From NCBI GenBank assembly GCA_963727445.1, contig CAVSGI010000017.1, positions 158,372 through 222,371 on the forward strand: 64,000 bases of DNA, in the 5' to 3' direction. A model generated the notes under the pieces. The model was not told the DNA's origin. It made no database searches and worked only from the letters and a program-made list of their open reading frames with translations. This DNA is from an uncultured delta proteobacterium (GTDB lineage Bacteria; Myxococcota_A; Polyangia; Polyangiales; B10-G4). Below are positions 30,587-39,971 of this stretch, piece after piece; the stretch's first letter is position 1, and the number at the start of each line of letters is the position of its first letter. Made by a program: the position numbers and the translations under genes.

Positions 30587-31528
30587 ATGTCTCGAACCGG
30601 GTTCAAAGACCAGCTCGCCCGCGCGGTGAACCGCGCGGTCGATGCCTTCGGTGGGCATACTTTTCAGATCCGTCCCGAGGTGCGCTACCGCAAGGTTCAG
30701 CGCCTCTACGAGAACGCCAAGCGCGATCAGTGGAACGCCGCGGTAAAGCTCCCCGGCGAGGAGCCGCTCGATCCCGGCGTGCTCTCACCCACGGAGGTCA
30801 CGGCGATCTGTCGTCTCTTCAGCCAGCTCTACTACGGCGAGCGCGGCGCTCAGGTCATCAGCGGCCAGCTCTGCACCATGGCGCCCGACAACGAGGCGGC
30901 GAAGTTCCTGAGCTCGCAGTGCATGGACGAGGCGCGGCACGTGGAGGTCTTCGAGCGCCTGCTCACGCGCATGGACGGCATCTACCCGATGAACCCCTTC
31001 CTGAACGCGCTCCTCACCGACATGAAGCGGACCGACAGGCTCGAGGAGAAGCTGGTCGGGATGAACCTCCTGGTCGAGGGGCTCGCCCTGAGCGTCTTCA
31101 AGTTCGCGGTGAAGCTCTTCGACGAGGATCCCCGCTACCGCTCCGAGGTCGGCCATCAGGTGCACGAGTCCATCCGGATGATCCTCCGCGACGAGTCCCG
31201 CCACGTCGGCTTCGGGATGCTCTACCTGCCGGACCTCCTCCGCGCCCTCCCCGCTCGCCGCCTGCGCGAGCTCGAGGCGCGCCAGCTCGTCTGGATGGGC
31301 CTGCTCTTCGGCTCGGTGCGCTACCACAAGCGCGACGCCGCCATCGTCGGCATTCCCTACGTCGAGATCCTCGCCGACATCCTCGCCGACCACGAAAAGC
31401 GCGTCGAGGAGATGGGCGTCAGCGGCATCGTCACGGGCGCGCAGCTCGCGCAATACGTCCCCGTGATCGACGAGGTGCTCGACCGGGTCACCGGCTACGA
31501 GGCGCCCGAGCTGCCGGAAGCCGCCTGA
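30587..31528 (+). CDS. ferritin-like diiron protein
   Basis: Carboxylate-bridged diiron ligand pattern YGE...DEARH...VEG...DESRH. Confidence 0.82.
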   Translation: MSRTGFKDQLARAVNRAVDAFGGHTFQIRPEVRYRKVQRLYENAKRDQWNAAVKLPGEEPLDPGVLSPTEVTAICRLFSQLYYGERGAQVISGQLCTMAPDNEAAKFLSSQCMDEARHVEVFERLLTRMDGIYPMNPFLNALLTDMKRTDRLEEKLVGMNLLVEGLALSVFKFAVKLFDEDPRYRSEVGHQVHESIRMILRDESRHVGFGMLYLPDLLRALPARRLRELEARQLVWMGLLFGSVRYHKRDAAIVGIPYVEILADILADHEKRVEEMGVSGIVTGAQLAQYVPVIDEVLDRVTGYEAPELPEAA

Positions 31529-31564
31529 CTCGAGACGCGCCGCGAGCGTACGCGGTTCGCTTCT

Positions 31565-34024
31565 CTAACACTTGATGCGCGTCATCTTCGGGTCGTAGAG
31601 CGGCGCGAGGCTGAGGACGGCCGGGTGACGCGTCCCCGCGATGTCGACCTCCCACTCACCCGCATCGAGATAGGCCTGGGTGATGGGCTCGTCCGCTTCG
31701 ATCATCGCGAGCCCCACCGCGCCGCCGAGGGTGTGTCCGTAGGAGGCGGCGCGGATGTAGCCCAACGGCTCGCCGTCCCTCAGAACGATCTCCGCGTGGA
31801 ACATCATCGGCTCGGGGTCCTTCACCAGGACCTGAACCAGCGCCTTCTTCAGCGGCCCCGCTTCCTTCTGCGAACGCACCGCGTCCTTGCCGAGGAAGCC
31901 GCTCTTCTTCTTCATGCTCACCGCGAAGCCCAGCCCCGCCTCGAGCACCGTGTCGGTGTTGTCGATGTCGTGGCCGTAGTCGCGGTACGCCTTCTCCATG
32001 CGCAGGCTCGACAGCGCCTTGAGGCCCGCGTGGACCAGGCCCAGGGGCTCGCCGCGCTCCACCAACAGGTCGTAGACGTGGCACGCGTTCTCGGCCGGGA
32101 TGTAGAGCTCGTAGCCGAGCTCGCCCAGATAGGTGATGCGGATGCAGGTGACCCGGGCGTAGCCGATCTCGATCTCGCGCACGGTTCGGAAGGGAAACGC
32201 CTCGTTGGACAGGTCCGCGGTCGTCAGCGCCGAGAGCACCTCGCGCGACTTCGGGCCCTGCACGTTGAGCTGCGCCAGGGCGCCGGTGATGTCGGTGATG
32301 GTGACGTGCGCGTCCTCGGCGAGGTGCCGATGCATCCACGCCTCCACGTGACGGTGCGCGGTGTCGGTGGCGACCACCACGAACTTCTGCGGGTCGAGCT
32401 TGGCGACCGTGAAATCCGCCTGGAGCTTGCCGTCCTCGTCGAGCCACTGGGTGTAGGTGATGCGCCCCGACTTGCCGTTCACGCGTCCCGCGCTGAGCCA
32501 GTCGAGGAAGGCGCCCGCGTCCCGGCCCTGGACCATGAACTTCGACATGAAGGACATGTCCATCACGATCGCGGCCTCGCGCGCCGCGCGATGCTCCGCC
32601 TCCCAGTAGGGAAACCAGTTCTGCCGGCCCCAGGAGAGGCGCTCGACCTCGGGCTCTTCGCCGGACGGCGCGAACCAGTCGGCGCCTTCCCAACCGCTGA
32701 CGTCGCGGAAGTACGCGCCGCGCGCCGCGAGCCGGTCGTAGAAGGGTGACTTCTTCGCGCCACGCGCCTGCTCGGGCGAGCGCGTCGGGTAGTGGCATTG
32801 ATAGACCATGCCGAGCATCTCCACCGTGCGGCGCGCGCGATACTCGGGGTTCGTCTGGTACGGATGAAGGCGGTCGACGTTCATGTAGGTGACGTCGCAG
32901 TCCGGTCGGCCCGTGAGGATCCAGTGGGCGAGGACGCGCCCGAGACCGCCGCCGGTGGTGATGCCGATCGAGTTGAGCCCCGCCGCCACGAAGTAGTTCT
33001 TCACCTCGGGCGCCTCACCCACGATGGGGCCGAGGTCCGGCGTGAAGCTCTCGGGCCCGCAGAAGAAGAGCTTCACCCCCGCCGTCAGGCTCGAAGGAAT
33101 GCGGCTCATCGCCTTTTCGAGGTAGGGCCCCATGCGATCCCAGTCGGGCGGGAGCGTGCCGAAGGAGAAGTCCTTGGGGATCCCCTCCACCTTCCACGGC
33201 GCGCACACCGGCTCGAAGAGACCGATCATCAAGCCGCCGCCCTCGGGGCGGTAGTAACCGTAAGAGCCCGGATCCTCGAGGACCGGAAGGTCGGCAGTGA
33301 TCTCCGCCATGGGCTCGGTGAGCAGGTAGTAGTGCTCCGTCGCCTGCAGCGGCACGCTCACCCCCGACAGGCGCCCGAGCTGATGCGCCCACATGCCCGC
33401 GCAGTTGACCACCACCTCGCACTCGATCTCGCCGGCGGTGGTGCTCACGGACTTCACGGCGCCGCGCTCGGTGGTGACGCCGGTCACGCTCACGCCCTCG
33501 ATCACGTGCGCGCCCGCGAGGCGGGCGCCCTTGCCGAGAGCCATGGTGACGTCGACCGGATTCACCCGGCCGTCCTCCTTCACGTAGAAGCCCGCGAGGA
33601 TGTCGTCGGTGTGCGCGGGGGGAAAGAGCTCCTTCACCTCCGCCGGCGAGATCTCGTGGACATCCACCCCGAGATGGCGGTTGAAGGCGGAGACCCGGCG
33701 GTACTCCTCGAGGCGGTCGACGTCGGCCGCGACCTCGATGAACCCGACGGGCTCGAAGCCCGTGCTCTGCCCGGTCTCCTCTTCGAGGCGCGCGTAGAGA
33801 TCGGCGCTGTACTTGCGCATCTCGGTCGAGGTCTCGGAGGTCGAGCCGAAGGTCACCATCAGGCCGGCGGCGTGCCAGGTCGTCCCCGAGGTGAGGCGGT
33901 CGCGCTCGAGGAGCACGACGTCCTTTTCGCCCATGTGGGCCAGGTGATAGGCGACGGAGCAGCCGATGATCCCGCCGCCGATCACGACGACGCGGGCGCG
34001 GTCCGGTACGGCGGGTGCGCTCAT
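31565..34024 (-). CDS. GcvT-family FAD oxidoreductase (sarcosine/dimethylglycine dehydrogenase-like)
   Basis: VVIGGGIIG, TSGTTWHAAG, GPESFTPD, TYLGELGYELY, SLRMEKAY and LYDPK. Confidence 0.88.
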   Translation of the reverse strand: MSAPAVPDRARVVVIGGGIIGCSVAYHLAHMGEKDVVLLERDRLTSGTTWHAAGLMVTFGSTSETSTEMRKYSADLYARLEEETGQSTGFEPVGFIEVAADVDRLEEYRRVSAFNRHLGVDVHEISPAEVKELFPPAHTDDILAGFYVKEDGRVNPVDVTMALGKGARLAGAHVIEGVSVTGVTTERGAVKSVSTTAGEIECEVVVNCAGMWAHQLGRLSGVSVPLQATEHYYLLTEPMAEITADLPVLEDPGSYGYYRPEGGGLMIGLFEPVCAPWKVEGIPKDFSFGTLPPDWDRMGPYLEKAMSRIPSSLTAGVKLFFCGPESFTPDLGPIVGEAPEVKNYFVAAGLNSIGITTGGGLGRVLAHWILTGRPDCDVTYMNVDRLHPYQTNPEYRARRTVEMLGMVYQCHYPTRSPEQARGAKKSPFYDRLAARGAYFRDVSGWEGADWFAPSGEEPEVERLSWGRQNWFPYWEAEHRAAREAAIVMDMSFMSKFMVQGRDAGAFLDWLSAGRVNGKSGRITYTQWLDEDGKLQADFTVAKLDPQKFVVVATDTAHRHVEAWMHRHLAEDAHVTITDITGALAQLNVQGPKSREVLSALTTADLSNEAFPFRTVREIEIGYARVTCIRITYLGELGYELYIPAENACHVYDLLVERGEPLGLVHAGLKALSSLRMEKAYRDYGHDIDNTDTVLEAGLGFAVSMKKKSGFLGKDAVRSQKEAGPLKKALVQVLVKDPEPMMFHAEIVLRDGEPLGYIRAASYGHTLGGAVGLAMIEADEPITQAYLDAGEWEVDIAGTRHPAVLSLAPLYDPKMTRIKC

Positions 34025-34050
34025 GGCCGCGGAGGTTACCATTCGCGGCG

Positions 34051-36057
34051 ATGAGCATGGTGCGAGCGCGTCACCGGCGGTGCGTCGTGCTCCGCGGAAC
34101 CCCGACAGACACGGCGGACGCTGCACGTACGCTTCTACGCGACATCTCGGAGACGGAGCGGCTCTGGGTGGGGGGCGAGGCTCCCGAGGCGGTCGCGCCG
34201 CGTGAGGTGAAGCACCTCCTCGGCCAGAGCACGAGCGCGGTGATCCTCGACCTGCATCAGGGGCTCGACGCCGACGTGCTCGGCCAGAGCCACGGATTGA
34301 TCCGGGGCGGGGGCGCGCTGGTCCTGTGCATGCCGCCGCACGGCGAAGCGCCAGCCGGCGGACGGGCCGCGCTGGCGGTCCACCCCTACGGACCCGACGA
34401 CGTGACGCATCGCTTCTGGGATCGATTCGAGCGCTGCCTCGCGCGGGCCGGCGTGGACGCCCCCCCGAGCGAGGCGCTCGCTCCCCCGCCCGACGACGCG
34501 CAGGGAACGGAGGAACAGGCGGCGCTCGCTCACCGCGTCGCAGCCATCCTCATCGAATGCAGCGGCACGCTCGTCTCCGTCGTCGCGGACCGCGGACGCG
34601 GCAAGTCGAGCGCCCTCGGCCTCGCGCTCCGCGCGGCCCAGACGGAGCGGCCCCTGCGCGTCGCGGTGACCGCGACGAGCGAGGAAGCGGCCGCGGAGAT
34701 CTTTCGCTTCGCGGACGCTGGCCCCGTGTACCTCTCCCCGGCCGAGCTCCTCGCGAGCGACGCGCGCTGGGACGCGATCGTGGTGGACGAAGCGGCGCAG
34801 CTGCCCGTGCCGCTCTTGCGGCGCCTGGTCGCGCGCCACCCGGACGCCACCATCGCCTTCGCGACCACGGCGCGCGGCTACGAAGGCACCGGCCGCGGCT
34901 TCGTCCTCCGTTTCCTCGCGGAGCTCCGCGCCTCGGAGCGCCCGCTCGTCGAGCTGCGCCTGGAGGAGCCCATCCGCTGGTCCGACGGCGATCCCGTGGA
35001 GCGCTTCGTCTGGGATGCCCTCGCGCTCGACGCGACGCCGGCCGACGTCGAGGCGCTCGCCCCCGAGGCGCTCGTTGAAGATGCGCTCGAGCACGTGGTG
35101 CTCGATCGGGACGCCCTCGCGCGCGACGAGGCGCGCTTGCGCGCCTTCTTCGGCATCCTGGTCCACGCGCACTACCGCACCACGCCGTCGGACCTCCACC
35201 GGATGCTCGATGCGCCCAACATCCGCCTGCACGCGCTCCTTTCATCCGACGAAGTCGTGGCGGCGTCGCTGGTCGCGCTCGAAGGTGGGCTTCCGCTCCG
35301 CATCGCGGAAGCGCTGAACCGCGGGAGCCGGCGCATTCGCGGCCACGCCCTCGCCGAGACGCTGGCCTCGCACTCGGGCGAAGTGGAGGCAGCGACGATG
35401 ACCTTCGTGCGGAGCGTGCGCATCGCGACCCACCCGGCGCTCCGCCGGCGCGGCCTCGCGAGCGCGCTCGTCGATCACGTTCACGAGAGCCACGCGCCCG
35501 ACTTCTTCGGCACCATGTTCGGCGCGACCCCGGAGCTGCTCGCCTTCCGGCGGAGCGTCGGCTACGCGCTGGTGCGCGTCGGCGCCTCGCGGGGCGCGCG
35601 CACCGGCGAGCCCTCCGCCGTGATGCTGCGACCGGTGACGGCTCGGGCATCCGCGGTGGTCGAGCGCCTGCGCGGCGTCCTCTCCCGCGACCTCCCCCTC
35701 TTCCTCTCGCTCTCCGAGGCGGACAATCACCTCCCGCCGAGCGAGGCGCTCTCGCGTGCGCTCTTCGAAGGATTGCCTGCCCCAGCGCCCCTCAGCGAGG
35801 CGGAGCGGATGCGCATCGTGCGAAGCTACGCCCACGGCCCGCGCACCTACGAGACCGCCGCCACCGCCCTCGAGGCATTCGTCGCCAGCGCGCCGTCCGC
35901 GCTCGACGCGCTCCCCGAGCAGGAGCGCCAGCTCGCCCTGGCGCGCATCGTCGAGCGCCGCGGCTGGCGCGAAGTGGCGGCGCGCGCGGGCTACCCATCC
36001 ATTCCGGCGGCCATGCGTGCGCTTCGCCGCGCCGTCGGAACGCTTCTCGAGTCGTGA
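34051..36057 (+). CDS. tmcA: tRNA(Met) cytidine acetyltransferase
   Basis: ADRGRGKSSALG, VDEAA, GYEGTGRGF, EEPIRW..GDPVE, AHYRTTPSDL and GNAT RIATHP...RRGLAS. Confidence 0.87.
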   Translation: MSMVRARHRRCVVLRGTPTDTADAARTLLRDISETERLWVGGEAPEAVAPREVKHLLGQSTSAVILDLHQGLDADVLGQSHGLIRGGGALVLCMPPHGEAPAGGRAALAVHPYGPDDVTHRFWDRFERCLARAGVDAPPSEALAPPPDDAQGTEEQAALAHRVAAILIECSGTLVSVVADRGRGKSSALGLALRAAQTERPLRVAVTATSEEAAAEIFRFADAGPVYLSPAELLASDARWDAIVVDEAAQLPVPLLRRLVARHPDATIAFATTARGYEGTGRGFVLRFLAELRASERPLVELRLEEPIRWSDGDPVERFVWDALALDATPADVEALAPEALVEDALEHVVLDRDALARDEARLRAFFGILVHAHYRTTPSDLHRMLDAPNIRLHALLSSDEVVAASLVALEGGLPLRIAEALNRGSRRIRGHALAETLASHSGEVEAATMTFVRSVRIATHPALRRRGLASALVDHVHESHAPDFFGTMFGATPELLAFRRSVGYALVRVGASRGARTGEPSAVMLRPVTARASAVVERLRGVLSRDLPLFLSLSEADNHLPPSEALSRALFEGLPAPAPLSEAERMRIVRSYAHGPRTYETAATALEAFVASAPSALDALPEQERQLALARIVERRGWREVAARAGYPSIPAAMRALRRAVGTLLES

Positions 36058-36064
36058 TGCCTGC

Positions 36065-36613
36065 TCAGGCTGCGTCGATGGTCACGGTGACCTCACCCGC
36101 GTCGCCTTCGCTGCATCGGCCATCGACGCCCGCGGTCGACAGACAGTCGCAGCTGAGGTCGTCAGCGCACGCGGCAGGGGGATCGACGCACTCGTAGCTC
36201 TCGGAGCCGCCCGGAACGCCCGGCACCGTGTCCACGCAGTACTGGACGTCGGACTGACATCGCGTGTCCGGGCCGCAGGAGAAGCACGGCGCTGGAGACA
36301 CTTCGACGCGGGCCCACATGCCCCCGCTGCACTGCAAGAGATTGCAGAAACTGCACGCGTCGGTGCAGGGTCCGCCGCAATAGGCGCCCTCGGCCGTGCA
36401 GGCACCCCCCTCCATCGCGCCCGTGCAATCCGGTGCGTCGGCGGTGCTCGAGTCGACGATCGCATCCGTCGCCGCGTCCGTCGCCCCATCGGTCGAGGAG
36501 TCGATGGTGGTGCTGGTGTCGCCCGAAGCATCGGCGGGCGCGCTGTCGTCGCCCCCACAGCTGGCGAGGGTGAGCAGAGAGGAGAGCAGCGAGGTGAAGA
36601 AGAAGTAGCGCAT
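36065..36613 (-). CDS. Cys-rich lipoprotein
   Basis: Lipobox LASC, D/S/T-rich linker and many Cys. Confidence 0.65.
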   Translation of the reverse strand: MRYFFFTSLLSSLLTLASCGGDDSAPADASGDTSTTIDSSTDGATDAATDAIVDSSTADAPDCTGAMEGGACTAEGAYCGGPCTDACSFCNLLQCSGGMWARVEVSPAPCFSCGPDTRCQSDVQYCVDTVPGVPGGSESYECVDPPAACADDLSCDCLSTAGVDGRCSEGDAGEVTVTIDAA

Positions 36614-36634
36614 CAGCCCAGCGTAGCAAAACGC

Positions 36635-37639
36635 TCAATCGGGCTCGACGTCGATGTGCTTCACCTCGGGCACCGCCTCCTGCACGCGCTTTTCGAGCTC
36701 GTCCACCTTGTCCCCGAGGAGGGCTACGACGTCGTCGGCGTACTCACGCGCATAGCGATAGAAGTCGTCGAAGGTGTCGAAGCCTTCGTCGTAGCGGGCG
36801 CGGAGCTTGTCCTCGAGCTGCTCCGCCAGCTTGTCCCCGTGGAACTCGAGCTCGACCAGCACGTCGTAGGTCTCGGTGTCGAGGACGCGGCTCTTGAGGC
36901 TGACGATGCGCTCGACCGCCCGATCGCTCTCGAGCGCCTTCCGGATGGCCAGCGCCGCAGCGTCGGGTGCGGCCGGCCCCACCAGGAGCTCGCGATTTCG
37001 GAAGGTCAGCCAGACCGCCACCAGCCCGAGCAGGAGCCCGATGAGGATCGAGCCGATCGAGTCCCAGTACTCCTGGCCCGTGAGCTCGGTCAGGCCGATG
37101 GCGCCGAGCGCGAGGAGCACACCCAGGCACGCCGCCGAATCCTCCAGAAGCACCGCCGCCGCCGACGGGTCGGCCTGGGTGCGGAGGTAATGGAAGAAGG
37201 GTTGGCCGGCCGCGGTCTTGCGGAGCCCGATGAACGCGTAGATCAAGACGTAGCCCTCGACCAGGAGCGACGTCACCAGCACGCCGACCGCCCACCAGAT
37301 GTTGGTCAGCCCCTCGTCCTCGTGAGGCGAGATCAACGCGTCGATGCCGTGCGCGAGGGTCACGCCGCAGCCCAGGAAGAAAATGCCCACCGCGCTGATC
37401 AGGGCCCAGACGAAGCGCTCGCGCTGGTGGCCGTACTGGTACTTCTTGGTCGGCCCCTTTCCGGAGCGCACGATCCCCACCAGCAGGAGCGCCTGGTTGC
37501 CCACGTCCGCGAGGCTGTGGATCGCCTCGGCGAAGATCGCGCCAGAGCCCGTGACGAAGAACGCGATGAACTTCGCCGCCATGATCAGCGCGTTGCCGGT
37601 GAGCGCGGCGACGACGGAGGATTTGCTGCTGGCGGCCAA
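36635..37639 (-). CDS. cation diffusion facilitator (CDF) transporter
   Basis: AEAIHSLAD, YQYGHQRERF, VLLEDSAA and six TM segments. Confidence 0.88.
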   Translation of the reverse strand: MAASSKSSVVAALTGNALIMAAKFIAFFVTGSGAIFAEAIHSLADVGNQALLLVGIVRSGKGPTKKYQYGHQRERFVWALISAVGIFFLGCGVTLAHGIDALISPHEDEGLTNIWWAVGVLVTSLLVEGYVLIYAFIGLRKTAAGQPFFHYLRTQADPSAAAVLLEDSAACLGVLLALGAIGLTELTGQEYWDSIGSILIGLLLGLVAVWLTFRNRELLVGPAAPDAAALAIRKALESDRAVERIVSLKSRVLDTETYDVLVELEFHGDKLAEQLEDKLRARYDEGFDTFDDFYRYAREYADDVVALLGDKVDELEKRVQEAVPEVKHIDVEPD

Positions 37640-37663
37640 GGTGCGCGGAGGGTACGGCGACGA

Positions 37664-38173
37664 TCAGAAGAAGTCGACGCGGAGCGAGCTACCCACGTCG
37701 GCCCCGGGTGCTCCCGGCACCCACCGCACGTAGAGCGGAGGCGAGCCGACAGGCGCGTCGTAGACGACGTAGTAGCGGGGATTGAGCGCGCCGAGCACGA
37801 TGCCGAGGATCCCTCCGACCTGGAGGATCCCGCTGATGATCATCGCCGCGGTCTGGCCGTCCTCCCAGGGCGTCTCGTCGAAGACGCCGGCCGCCGACAG
37901 AAATGGGCCGACCACCGGAATGATCGACCCAGCGCGCGGATCGAGACCGTAGAAGCTGAGGGCGTAGCCGCCCACCAGCGCCGCGGTCGAGACCCACACC
38001 CAGCCGTTGACCTGCCCTTCGAGCTCACCGCCGGGACGGATGGGACCGCCGTGATATGGCTCGCGTCGCGTCTCCCACGCGACGTCGTCCGGCGCTTGTG
38101 CCGCCGCCGTCGTCGCCAGCGAAGAGACGAGGACGGCGGCCAACATGGCGCCAAAGGTGGTCGCGCCCCTCAT
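37664..38173 (-). CDS. hypothetical exported/membrane protein
   Basis: Signal peptide, IPVVGPF motif and hydrophobic segments. Confidence 0.55.
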   Translation of the reverse strand: MRGATTFGAMLAAVLVSSLATTAAAQAPDDVAWETRREPYHGGPIRPGGELEGQVNGWVWVSTAALVGGYALSFYGLDPRAGSIIPVVGPFLSAAGVFDETPWEDGQTAAMIISGILQVGGILGIVLGALNPRYYVVYDAPVGSPPLYVRWVPGAPGADVGSSLRVDFF

Positions 38174-38224
38174 TCGACGAACCCTGCCGAATTTCGGGGC
38201 GCGCGTCCACCGGCGACCGTTCGC

Positions 38225-39772
38225 TCAGCGAACGGCGAGCGCGTGGGCGTCGACCCGGTCCGCCCCAGCCTCGTAGGCGTCGTCGATGGCACGGCGACGG
38301 GCGTATGGGCTCGAGACGTCCCCACGCAGGCTCACCAGCCCGCCGACCGACGAGACCATCACGTTGCCGGCGGAGACCCAGGCATCGCGCTCGAGCTTCG
38401 AGGCGACGTCGTGGGAGACCTCCACGTCCGTCTCGTGGCGGACGGGCTCGCGGATCTCGAGGCGGTTGTCGATGGCCAGGAGGCCGTCCACGCTCGCGGC
38501 CGAGCTCTCCGCTTCCTCACGCTCGAAGTTCGAGTGAACGTCACCCATCAGCGTCAGGACGCCGTGATGAACGTCGACCGTCATGTCGTAGGCGTCGGCG
38601 TAGGGGTCTGCCGCCAGGCGGGTCTCGACGCGATGCGCGAGCGTCTCGTCGGTGAGCTCGTGGCGTGGGCGCACCAGGACGTACGAATAGACGCGGCGCA
38701 CGCCGCGGGTGTCCTCGGCGATGCGCCGGGCGGCGCGGACCGCCATCAGGTTGTCGAGGGAGCCGGTGAGCGTCACCACGCCCCGGTCCACGAGGATGTT
38801 CACGTCGTCGGAGTCCGCGATGCGCGGATCGATGCGCATGGCCGTCTGGATGCCCGTTCGGATCCAGTCGTTGCCGGGCTCGGTCACGTCGGGCGCCATC
38901 TCTCGGCGCCGCCACCACTCGACCTCGAGCCCTTCGTCGTCGACCGCGGTCGCGCCCGCCATGTAGGCGATCTTGCGCGCGTGTTCGCGCTCCGCCGCGC
39001 TGCCGATGTAGCCGGAGAGGACCACTTCGCTGCCGTCGACGTCGACGTTCATCAGCGCGCCGTCGATGTCGGCAGAGGTGGCGTAGGCGGTCTCGAGATC
39101 GGCCAGGAGCTCGCCGTCTCGGTGCACCGGCTGAGGCGCGAGCTGAAGCTCGAGGTCGACGCCGCGTACCCCTTCGACGGAAGCCACGATGTCGTCGACG
39201 ACCTGTCGCTTCGCGGCCGAGTCGACGGTGCCGGTCACGGTCGCGATCCCGTGCTCGACGACAATCGCCATCTGCCGCGCGTCGACGGTGGGGTCGAAGA
39301 GCAGGACGTTCTCCGCCTCGCGCTGAATCTGCCGATCCGTCATGTCGGTCGGCGCCACCGTCAGTCGATCGATCACGCTGCGGACGCCGCGTACGTTCTT
39401 GGCCAGGTCGATGGCGGCGCGCTTGGACAGGAGGTTGTCCACGCTTCCCTGAAGCGTCGCGACGCCGTCCTGGACGTCGACGTCGCCCTGATAGCCCACG
39501 ACCTCGGGCGACTCCATCAGCTCCGCCAACACGTAGACCATGATCTGCGCGTCGGTGAGGTGGTCAGGCGGAATTGCTTCGGCGTCGTCGAGCGCCTCTT
39601 CCGTATCCTCAATCTCGTCGGCCTCTCGGGCGGCGAGCCTGTCCGACGCCGACATTTCTCGGCGCGCGTGTTCGGTCTTCGGTGCCGTGGTGGAGGCGGC
39701 GCCGCCTCCGCAAGCGGCGAGCAGCGCCGTCACCGCGGCCGCCAAGAGAGTTTGGGTCGTTTGGGTCTTCAT
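38225..39772 (-). CDS. multi-BON-domain lipoprotein
   Basis: Lipobox LAAC and about six repeats of D..I...V...L........V.V..G.vTL.G.V......A...A....GV..V. Confidence 0.88.
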   Translation of the reverse strand: MKTQTTQTLLAAAVTALLAACGGGAASTTAPKTEHARREMSASDRLAAREADEIEDTEEALDDAEAIPPDHLTDAQIMVYVLAELMESPEVVGYQGDVDVQDGVATLQGSVDNLLSKRAAIDLAKNVRGVRSVIDRLTVAPTDMTDRQIQREAENVLLFDPTVDARQMAIVVEHGIATVTGTVDSAAKRQVVDDIVASVEGVRGVDLELQLAPQPVHRDGELLADLETAYATSADIDGALMNVDVDGSEVVLSGYIGSAAEREHARKIAYMAGATAVDDEGLEVEWWRRREMAPDVTEPGNDWIRTGIQTAMRIDPRIADSDDVNILVDRGVVTLTGSLDNLMAVRAARRIAEDTRGVRRVYSYVLVRPRHELTDETLAHRVETRLAADPYADAYDMTVDVHHGVLTLMGDVHSNFEREEAESSAASVDGLLAIDNRLEIREPVRHETDVEVSHDVASKLERDAWVSAGNVMVSSVGGLVSLRGDVSSPYARRRAIDDAYEAGADRVDAHALAVR

Positions 39773-39803
39773 GTTCCCATTCGCTCCTTTCGCGCTGCGC
39801 CCG

Positions 39804-39819
39804 TGCAGAAGACGTGCCG
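39804..39819 (-). promoter_or_regulatory. putative sigma-54 (-24/-12) promoter
   Basis: Minus strand CGGCACGTCTTCTGCA has GG-N10-GC spacing and lies about 30 bp upstream of the BON gene start, ahead of an AAAGGAG RBS. Confidence 0.55.
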
Positions 39820-39971
39820 CGGCCCTCCGCGAGAACGCGTCATTCATAGTCGCGCGCGAGCGCGGGCGGCTCGGTGTGTCGCAATGCCACGACCGAGGCG
39901 CGGTGCCACGACCGTGATGTCGTCGTTGACGCGGCGGACGACGGACCTACGGGCGGCAGTGGAGGCCGAAG

